Below, one piece after another: positions 57,131 through 64,000 of a DNA stretch of 64,000 nt (position 1 is its first letter; every line of letters starts with the position of its first letter). Source of the DNA: Vulcanimicrobiota bacterium. GTDB taxonomy: Bacteria > Vulcanimicrobiota > Vulcanimicrobiia > Vulcanimicrobiales > Vulcanimicrobiaceae. The stretch is taken from positions 64,001 through 128,000 of the forward strand of contig CAWHWQ010000005.1 of NCBI GenBank assembly GCA_963833095.1, read 5' to 3'. Below the pieces are notes generated by a model. That model made no database searches, had not been told where the DNA came from, and saw only the letters and a list, made by a program, of their open reading frames with translations. The position numbers were made by a program, and so were the translations under genes.

Positions 57131-59542
57131 ATGGTGGACGAAAGCTTTATCCAACTCGACGCCTACTGGCGGGCAGCAAACTACATCAGCGCCGGACAGA
57201 TCTACTTGCTCGACCGCAACCCGCTGCTGCGCCGATCGCTGACGCCCGCCGACATCAAGCCGCGCCTGCTCGGCCACTGGGGAACGACACCAGGTCTGAA
57301 TTTCGTCTACGCGCATCTCAATCGGGCGATAATGAGGCGCGATCTCGACGTCGTGTTCATGGCCGGACCCGGTCACGGCGGCCCGGCGCTGCTCGCCAAC
57401 GCCTACCTCGAAGGGACCTACAGCGAGCTCTATCCTAACGTGCCGCAGAACGCGGGCGGGCTCGGTCGACTCTTCAAACAGTTTTCGTTCCCCGGCGGCG
57501 TTCCCAGCCACGCCTCGCCCACGACGCCCGGCTCCATTCACGAAGGTGGCGAGCTGGGCTATGTGCTTTCGCACGCCTTCGGAGCCGTCTTCGACAACCC
57601 GGATCTGCTCGTGTGCGCGGTCGTCGGCGACGGCGAAGCCGAGACCGGTCCGCTTGCGACCGCGTGGCATTCGAACAAGTTTTTAAATCCCGCGCGTGAC
57701 GGCGCGGTGCTGCCGGTGCTGCACCTCAACGGTTATAAGATTTCCGGTCCCACAGTGCTGGCGCGCATCCCCGACGACGAATTGATCGCGCTCTTCCGGG
57801 GCTATGGCTACGACCCGGTAATCGTTGAGGGCGACCAACCCACGATGATGCACCCGTTGATGGCGGCAGTCCTCGATCGCGCGCTCGATCGCATTCGTTC
57901 GATTCAGCGCGTAGCGCGTATCCACGGATTCCGCGAGCGCGACACCTGGCCGATGATCATCCTGCGCACACCCAAAGGCTGGACCGGACCAAAGGTCGTC
58001 GACGGCGTCCCCATCGAGGGCACGTTCCGGGCGCACCAAGTCCCATTGCTCGAAGTGCGCGAGAAGCCCGAACACTTGGCCATGCTCGAAGCCTGGATGC
58101 GGAGCTATCGTCCCGAAAAGCTCTTCGATCATGAGGGTTGCCCGGTTGCGTATGTACGCGAGGCCGCGCCGCGCGGCACTCGGCGCATGAGCGCCAACCC
58201 ACACGCCAACGGCGGCGCATTGCTACGCGAGTTGCAGATGCCGGCCTTCGCCGACTACGCGGTGAACGTCCCGGCTCCGGGCGCCGTGCGCGCCGAAGCG
58301 ACACGCGCGCTTGGGCCGATGCTGCGCGACATCATGCGCGAGAATAGCGATCGCTTCCGCATAATGAGTCCAGACGAAACGACTTCGAATCGACTCGAAG
58401 CACTCTTCGAAGTGACCAATCGCTGTTCGGTCGCGCAGATCGTTCCCGGCGACGATCACGTCGCGCCCGATGGCCGCGTGATGGAAGTCTTGAGCGAACA
58501 CCAGTGTGAAGGCTGGCTCGAGGGCTATCTTCTCACCGGGCGACACGGCATCTTCCCCTGCTACGAAGCCTTCATTCATATCGTCGACTCAATGGTCAAT
58601 CAGCATGCGAAGTGGATCAAGATGGCGCGCGAGGTCCCCTGGCGCCGCCCAATCGCCTCGCTGAATTATCTGCTCACCTCACACGTGTGGCGCCAGGATC
58701 ATAACGGATTCAGCCATCAAGATCCGGGCTTCATCGATCATATCATCAACAAGAAGGCCGACACGGTGCGCGTGTATTTGCCCCCCGACGCCAACACGCT
58801 GCTCTCGGTCGCCGATCATTGTCTACGCAGCCGCGACTACATCAACGTTATCGTCTCCGGCAAACAGCCCGAATGGCAATGGCTCGACATCGAAGCAGCG
58901 GTGCGTCACTGCATGCAAGGCGCGAGCATCTGGGACTGGGCATCCGGCGACGACGGCTTGGAGCCCGACGTCGTCATGGCCTGCGCCGGGGACGTGCCGA
59001 CGCTGGAAACGCTAGCAGCGGTCGCCTTCCTACGCACCCACGTTCCCGAACTGCGCGTGCGCGTGGTCAATGTTGTTGATCTGATGGCGCTCGAGTCGCG
59101 CGATCAGCATCCGCACGGTTTGAGTGATGAGGTCTTCAGCTCACTTTTCAGCGAGAATTCGCCCGTGATCTTCGCTTTTCACGGGTACCCGGCGTTGATT
59201 CACCGCTTGACGTACAAGCGGCCCAATCATGACAATTTCCACGTCCATGGCTATCGTGAGGAAGGATCGACTACGACGCCGTTCGACATGACGGTACGCA
59301 ATCAGCTCGACCGCTTCCATCTCGCTGCCGACGCGATCGATCGAGCTCCACGTCTAGGCGATCGCGGTGCCCACGCACAACAGTTCATCCGCAATAAGCT
59401 CAACGAGCACCTTGCGTATATCGAGCGCTACGGCGAAGACATGCCCGAGATTCGCGACTGGTCCTGGCCCAACGCGCGTTCGATGGCGGCGAGCAGTTCA
59501 CGTGGCTCCGCCGGCTTGGGCAGCGCGCTCGCTACGCCGTAG
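57131..59542 (+). CDS. xfp: Phosphoketolase (Xfp/Xpk)
   Basis: [33 protein letters not shown] and [12 protein letters not shown]. Confidence 0.96.
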   Translation: MVDESFIQLDAYWRAANYISAGQIYLLDRNPLLRRSLTPADIKPRLLGHWGTTPGLNFVYAHLNRAIMRRDLDVVFMAGPGHGGPALLANAYLEGTYSELYPNVPQNAGGLGRLFKQFSFPGGVPSHASPTTPGSIHEGGELGYVLSHAFGAVFDNPDLLVCAVVGDGEAETGPLATAWHSNKFLNPARDGAVLPVLHLNGYKISGPTVLARIPDDELIALFRGYGYDPVIVEGDQPTMMHPLMAAVLDRALDRIRSIQRVARIHGFRERDTWPMIILRTPKGWTGPKVVDGVPIEGTFRAHQVPLLEVREKPEHLAMLEAWMRSYRPEKLFDHEGCPVAYVREAAPRGTRRMSANPHANGGALLRELQMPAFADYAVNVPAPGAVRAEATRALGPMLRDIMRENSDRFRIMSPDETTSNRLEALFEVTNRCSVAQIVPGDDHVAPDGRVMEVLSEHQCEGWLEGYLLTGRHGIFPCYEAFIHIVDSMVNQHAKWIKMAREVPWRRPIASLNYLLTSHVWRQDHNGFSHQDPGFIDHIINKKADTVRVYLPPDANTLLSVADHCLRSRDYINVIVSGKQPEWQWLDIEAAVRHCMQGASIWDWASGDDGLEPDVVMACAGDVPTLETLAAVAFLRTHVPELRVRVVNVVDLMALESRDQHPHGLSDEVFSSLFSENSPVIFAFHGYPALIHRLTYKRPNHDNFHVHGYREEGSTTTPFDMTVRNQLDRFHLAADAIDRAPRLGDRGAHAQQFIRNKLNEHLAYIERYGEDMPEIRDWSWPNARSMAASSSRGSAGLGSALATP

Positions 59543-59829
59543 ATCTCCATGAAGTCTCGCATCGCGGCATCGATCGTGCTTGCGGTATACAGCGCGACGC
59601 GAAGCGGCCGTGTTCGCTCGTCGGCACGCAGCGCGCGAAGAAACTGCGGTCCGCTCATCCCCGGCAGCGAGAGATCGGTGATAACGAGGTCGGGCTGACG
59701 TTCGAGAGCGAGCTCGAGGCCTTGCTCGCCGCTCGAAGCTTCGAGTGCGGTGTGACCGCCATGCGCGAGCAGCGTGGTGACCAGCAGGCGCGCGTTGGGA
59801 TCGTCGTCGACGATCAGCACGCATGCCAT
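59428..59829 (-). CDS. Single-domain response regulator
   Basis: [19 protein letters not shown] and LPKP. Confidence 0.9.
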   Translation of the reverse strand: MACVLIVDDDPNARLLVTTLLAHGGHTALEASSGEQGLELALERQPDLVITDLSLPGMSGPQFLRALRADERTRPLRVALYTASTIDAAMRDFMEIYGVASALPKPAEPRELLAAIERALGQDQSRISGMSSP

Positions 59830-60203
59830 CAGTGGTTCTTCCGATCCAGAAACGCTTGGACGTGCGCAACGAACGTGCGCGGTTCGATCGGTTTTGCGAT
59901 ATAGCCGTCGAAACCGGCTTGCGCGATACGCTCGCGGTCGCCCGACATGGCCAGTGCCGTCACCGCGACCAGTGGCGTCGAGGACACATGCGATTCACTC
60001 TTGAAGCGGCGCGCAAATTCGTAGCCGTCGATGCCGGGCATCAAGATGTCGGTCAGAACGATAGCGAATTCACCGGAAAGCGCTGCTTGGAGCCCGATCA
60101 AAGCGTCCCCATGTCCCTCCGCGTCGTAACGGAAGGCTCGCAGCAGATAGAGCATCAGATCGAGGTTGACGGCGTTGTCGTCGACGACGAGGACGCGCGA
60201 CAC
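59829..60203 (-). CDS. Single-domain response regulator (DivK-like)
   Basis: VVDDN, TDILMPGIDG, VTALAM and GFDGYIAKP. Confidence 0.92.
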   Translation of the reverse strand: MSRVLVVDDNAVNLDLMLYLLRAFRYDAEGHGDALIGLQAALSGEFAIVLTDILMPGIDGYEFARRFKSESHVSSTPLVAVTALAMSGDRERIAQAGFDGYIAKPIEPRTFVAHVQAFLDRKNH

Positions 60204-60206
60204 GTG

Positions 60207-61361
60207 CTACCGCGCCCGCGGAAGCGTGAACGTAAACGTACTTCCCTTCCCCGGCTGGCTGGTGACGGTCAGCTCCCCGCCGAGCAAGTCCGCGAGATTG
60301 CGGCACAGATATAAGCCAAGACCCGTGCCCTCGAAGCGGCGCGTGCTCGAACGATCGAGCTGTTCGAAGGCCTTGAAGAGACGCTCCTGATCTTCGGGCT
60401 TGATTCCGATGCCGGTATCGCTCACGCAAAACGCGACGGCAGGCTGTTCGTTGTGGTTTGTCGCCGAGACGTCGATATGTACCGATCCGGCTTCTGTGTA
60501 CTTGAGCGCATTGTTGGTCAGGTTCAAGAGAATCTGCGCGAGTGCGCGCCGGTCCGTCGCGATGGGCTTCCCGTCGTCAACGACATGGGTGGTGAATTCG
60601 ATCCGCTTCTCGGCCGCAAGTGCGGCCATCGCGGATGACACCTCTTCAACGACCTCTTTGGCCGAGATCAACTCAACGGTAAGCTCGGTCTTCCCTGACT
60701 CGATCTTTGCAAGGTCGAGTATGTCGTTGATCAACGAGAGCAGATGGCGCGCGCTCGACTGCACGATTTCGAGTTGCCGTTCTTGCTCGGGCGAAAGGGG
60801 TCCGGGCAATTGCATCAAGAGCGTGCCGGTAAAGCCGATGATCGCATTGAGCGGCGTACGTAGCTCGTGACTCATAGACGCTAGAAATGAATCCTTCGCC
60901 CGATTCGCGTCTTCGAGTGCGGTGTTGAGCTCACGTAGCTGGCGTTCGAGCGTTTTGCGTTCCGTCGAGTCGCGAATCGAAGCCGACACGAAGGTCCCTT
61001 CGCGGGTCGAGATCGGGCTCAAGCTGATTTCGACGGGAAACTCGGTGCCATTCTTGCGTAGGCCGTTCAACTCAAGGCCGACGCCCATCGGGCGCACGTG
61101 CGGATCGCCGTAATAGCCCTTGCGCTCGCCCACGTGTCTACTATGGTAACGCGCCGGAATCAGCATCTCGATCGGATGCCCAAGCAGTTCTTCGCGATAG
61201 TATCCAAAGAGCCGTTCGGTCTGCGCGTTCACCAGCCGAATCTTGCCATCGGCATCGACGAGGATTGTCGCGTCGGGCGCGTACTCGAGCAGCGGAAAGC
61301 GGCTTCCCGCTAAATCCGCAAGCGAGAACGTTACTTCACCGGCCGTTTGCGAAGGATCCAT
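60207..61361 (-). CDS. Cytoplasmic PAS-domain histidine kinase
   Basis: APDA...VNAQTERLFGY PAS, SHELRTPL, NALKYT, DTGIGI and GTGLGL; start moved to ATG 61361. Confidence 0.93.
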   Translation of the reverse strand: MDPSQTAGEVTFSLADLAGSRFPLLEYAPDATILVDADGKIRLVNAQTERLFGYYREELLGHPIEMLIPARYHSRHVGERKGYYGDPHVRPMGVGLELNGLRKNGTEFPVEISLSPISTREGTFVSASIRDSTERKTLERQLRELNTALEDANRAKDSFLASMSHELRTPLNAIIGFTGTLLMQLPGPLSPEQERQLEIVQSSARHLLSLINDILDLAKIESGKTELTVELISAKEVVEEVSSAMAALAAEKRIEFTTHVVDDGKPIATDRRALAQILLNLTNNALKYTEAGSVHIDVSATNHNEQPAVAFCVSDTGIGIKPEDQERLFKAFEQLDRSSTRRFEGTGLGLYLCRNLADLLGGELTVTSQPGKGSTFTFTLPRAR

Positions 61362-61415
61362 AGCTCTTTTCAACCGCGGTAGGGCTTCCCAGGCGTGGTC
61401 GCGGAGTAGCCCATC

Positions 61416-61595
61416 GTGGGAACAAACAACCTGCGGCACGATCTGGGCAATCTCCTCGGTGTCGCGCTCGCCAACGTCGAGGGCATGATCGACGGGATCG
61501 TTCCGACTACTAAGGAGCGGCTCGAGGTCGTCGCCGACTCGCTGCGACGCTCCGCTGAACTGGTAGCGAGACTGCGCAACGACGGAAAGGATTAG
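61416..61595 (+). CDS. 59-aa stand-alone HisKA/DHp-like microprotein (not in the ORF track)
   Basis: GTG start, GGAG 9 nt upstream, in-frame TAG at 61407; MGTNNLRHDLGNLLGVALANVEGMIDGIVPTTKERLEVVADSLRRSAELVARLRNDGKD. Confidence 0.7.
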   Translation: MGTNNLRHDLGNLLGVALANVEGMIDGIVPTTKERLEVVADSLRRSAELVARLRNDGKD

Positions 61596-62614
61596 CCGGC
61601 GCGCAACAGGCGCAGCGTGTGGAACGCGATCATCAGGCTCTCGTCGGTGGGAATCACCAAGGTCGCGACGTCGCATAGATAGTCGATTGCCGCGATAACG
61701 CGGTCGCGAATCGGCGCTGCGTGCTCGCCGATACCGCCGGTAAACACAAGCGTATCGAGGCCGCCAAGTACCGCTATCATCGCACCCAGCTGCTTGGTCA
61801 GTTGATAAACAAAGAGCTCGACGGCATCGCGCGCGGCAGCATTCGTGTTTGCCGCTTCGAGGAGCGTGCGCATGTCGGCGCTCGAGCCCGAGACGCCGAG
61901 CAGCCCGCTGCGATGATAGAGCAGTTCGGTCAACTGCTCGACGTTGTATCGATCCTTGCCGAGCAGCCGCAGCACAACTCCTGGATCCAAATCGCCGGGA
62001 CGCGTGCCCATCATCAATCCACCAAGCGCGGTAAATCCCATCGTCGTATCGATCGGCTCGCCGTCACGTACCGCGCACAGGCTGGCGCCCGAGCCCAGAT
62101 GCGCGATAACCGTTCGCCCCGAGCCCGTAGGTAACTGGGAGACGATGTACTCGTATGAGAGTCCGTGAAAACCGTAGCGCTGCAGCAACGGGTCGAGATC
62201 GTTCGGCAACGGCAGACGATGGGCAATCGCCGGCGATCGCCGATGAAAAGCCGTGTCGAAGCAAAGCACGTTCGGCACGTGCGCCAACGCCAGTGTCACG
62301 GCATACACCAAATCAAGTTCGGCACGCAAATGCAGCGGTTCGATGCTTACGAACGCTTCGATATCGCGCATCACCGCGGTGTCGGCTCGAACGGGCGATT
62401 CGTAGCGCGCTCCACCGAACACAATGCGGTGCCCGACCGCGTCGATGTCGTCGCAATCAACCTGCTTGAGGACCTGCGTCACCAGCGCTTCGGCATCGCC
62501 GCGGGCCGGCAGCGTCCCCGAATGCTCGAGTTGGATCTCGCTCGTTGTTCCGCGCGCGCGATACACGGCAAATTTCAACGATGATGAGCCGCCGTTGAGC
62601 GCGAGCACCTTCAC
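61592..62614 (-). CDS. ackA: Acetate kinase
   Basis: NGGSSSLKF, GHRIV, FDTAFH, YGFHGLSY, GTRPGDLDPG, FTGGIGE and IPTDES; GTG start at 62614. Confidence 0.95.
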   Translation of the reverse strand: MKVLALNGGSSSLKFAVYRARGTTSEIQLEHSGTLPARGDAEALVTQVLKQVDCDDIDAVGHRIVFGGARYESPVRADTAVMRDIEAFVSIEPLHLRAELDLVYAVTLALAHVPNVLCFDTAFHRRSPAIAHRLPLPNDLDPLLQRYGFHGLSYEYIVSQLPTGSGRTVIAHLGSGASLCAVRDGEPIDTTMGFTALGGLMMGTRPGDLDPGVVLRLLGKDRYNVEQLTELLYHRSGLLGVSGSSADMRTLLEAANTNAAARDAVELFVYQLTKQLGAMIAVLGGLDTLVFTGGIGEHAAPIRDRVIAAIDYLCDVATLVIPTDESLMIAFHTLRLLRAG

Positions 62615-62622
62615 ATCTGGCT

Positions 62623-62952
62623 TCAGAACGCGCAAGCTCCCGTCGTAAATCGCATGTCGTCCCGCGTCTCGAGTGAAAAGCTGTCGCTGTGTGACGGGAC
62701 GGCGTCGATAATGAACTGCATGTGTTCGCCCCACTGCGTGAGTTGCTTGGCGCCGATATAGAACGGCGTGTCCTCGATCGTTCCGAGCAAGACGTCGTTC
62801 GCTCCCACGCGGAAGTCGCCTCGCTTGTAACACATCGGGGCACTGCCTTCGCAGCATCCTCCCGACTGATGGAAGATCAAGGGCCCATGAATATGCTTCA
62901 GCCGCCGCACAAGGGCGGCGGCTGAAGGTGTGAACACAACACGTTCGGGCAC
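62623..62952 (-). CDS. DUF779-family protein
   Basis: HGPLIFHQSGGCCEGSAPMC and FSLE; this family typically follows aldehyde dehydrogenase genes. Confidence 0.9.
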   Translation of the reverse strand: MPERVVFTPSAAALVRRLKHIHGPLIFHQSGGCCEGSAPMCYKRGDFRVGANDVLLGTIEDTPFYIGAKQLTQWGEHMQFIIDAVPSHSDSFSLETRDDMRFTTGACAF

Positions 62953-64000
62953 TAGAAGAGTCCCAGGGCCTTATCGCTATAGCTGACCAGCAAGTTCTTG
63001 GTTTGCTGGTAGGCTTCGAGATCCGATTTGTAGGTCTCGCGGCCGAACCCGGACTGCTTATAGCCTCCGAACGCGGCACCTGCCGGATAGAGATGGTAGC
63101 AATTGGTCCATACGCGCCCGGCCTGAATCTCGCGTCCGACGCGATACGCGTTGGTGCCGTTGCGACTCCACACGCCGGCGCCCAAACCGTAGAGCGTGTC
63201 ATTGCCGATCTCGATCGCTTCGTCGACGTTTTTGAAGCTCGTCACCGAAAGCACCGGCCCGAAGATCTCCTCTTGGAAGATTCGCATCTTGTTGTTGCCG
63301 GCGAACACGGTGGGCTTGACGTAGTAACCGCCTTTGATGTCGGCGCCCACGTTGGCCAGGCCTCCGCCCGTGAGGCATGTCGCCCCTTCTTGCTTGCCGA
63401 TGTCGATGTAGCGCAGAATTTTTTCGAGTTGATCCTTGGAGTTTTGCGGCCCCATCATCGTGGCGGGATCGAGCGGATTACCGACCACGATCTTTTCGAC
63501 GCGTTTGATCGCGCGTTCGAGAAACCGATCGTAGATCGACTCTTGGATTAGCGCGCGCGACGGGCACGTGCACACTTCGCCTTTGTTGAAAGCGAAAAGC
63601 GCAAAGCCCTCGAGCGCCTTGTCCAGGTACGAATCATCGGCATCCATGACGTCGCCGAGGAAGATGTTTGGCGATTTGCCTCCCAGTTCCAGCGTCATCG
63701 GAATGAGGTTTTGCGAGGCATACTGCATGATGAGCCGCCCGGTCGTCGTTTCACCGGTGAATGCCACCTTGGCTATGCGCGGATTCGCCGCCAGCGCTTC
63801 CCCGATCTCCGACCCTTTACCGTTGACGACGTTCAAGACGCCCGCGGGTACGATGTCGGCGATCAATTGCATCAGCACCATTACGCTGAAGGGCGTTTCG
63901 GAGGCCGGCTTGAGGATCACGCAGTTGCCCGCCGCTAGCGCCGGGCAGAGTTTCCACGCAGCCATGAGTAAAGGGAAGTTCCACGGAATGATCTGTGCGA
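62952..64000 (-). CDS. NAD-dependent aldehyde dehydrogenase (AldB/AcoD-like); 5' end outside the window
   Basis: [32 protein letters not shown] and EEIFGPV. Confidence 0.95.
   Translation of the reverse strand, partial: AQIIPWNFPLLMAAWKLCPALAAGNCVILKPASETPFSVMVLMQLIADIVPAGVLNVVNGKGSEIGEALAANPRIAKVAFTGETTTGRLIMQYASQNLIPMTLELGGKSPNIFLGDVMDADDSYLDKALEGFALFAFNKGEVCTCPSRALIQESIYDRFLERAIKRVEKIVVGNPLDPATMMGPQNSKDQLEKILRYIDIGKQEGATCLTGGGLANVGADIKGGYYVKPTVFAGNNKMRIFQEEIFGPVLSVTSFKNVDEAIEIGNDTLYGLGAGVWSRNGTNAYRVGREIQAGRVWTNCYHLYPAGAAFGGYKQSGFGRETYKSDLEAYQQTKNLLVSYSDKALGLF

Noticed and set aside
61362..63202. N-terminal extensions of the kinase (to 61676) and ackA (to 63202); likewise starts at 4555, 5553, 19254, 34058, 35980, 36351, 37796 and 48243
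   Set aside because: They are longest-ORF artefacts that overlap neighbouring genes; family similarity and RBS position point to downstream starts, so these are not fusions.
1..64000. tRNA, rRNA, integrase/transposase, prophage or defence genes
   Set aside because: No supporting motifs were seen, and the intergenic gaps are short and mostly accounted for.

Overview
A GC-rich, gene-dense chromosomal window with no rRNA, tRNA, CRISPR array, transposase or phage gene that I can see. The gene mix (outer-membrane beta-barrels, SpoIIE/RsbU phosphatases, SPSPSP-linker secreted proteins, form I CO dehydrogenase) suggests a diderm soil bacterium such as Vulcanimicrobiota (Ca. Eremiobacterota); this is inference only. 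In order, it holds: (1) a stress-type operon of TPP oxidase, enolase-family enzyme and FAD/FeS oxidase behind a SigB/SigF-like promoter, with dense frameshifts that are probably sequencing error; (2) desaturase, SPFH and DUF2254 genes and a chromate-transporter/CYTH-like operon; (3) TetR, a PimC/D-like acyl-CoA dehydrogenase pair and a Liv-type ABC transporter; (4) a porin-BlaI-BlaR1(M56-Kelch) operon; (5) an 18-kb catabolic block (24.0-42.1 kb) with bdhA, an unknown beta-barrel, a GAF kinase/NarL regulator pair, two ABC importers, two hydrolases, a CoA ligase, MaoC and a thioesterase, tied together by an 18-bp motif repeated at three promoters; (6) bicupin/AraC/Tat-DJ-1 genes and kup; (7) a form I CO dehydrogenase cluster, coxMSL plus accessory genes; (8) phosphoketolase, a PAS kinase with two lone receivers, a 59-aa stand-alone HisKA-like microprotein missed by the ORF track, ackA, DUF779 and an aldehyde dehydrogenase. 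The best novelty candidates are the three-site regulon and its catabolic block, the HisKA microprotein, and the porin-BlaI-M56/Kelch module. All family calls are from motif recognition, not database searches.
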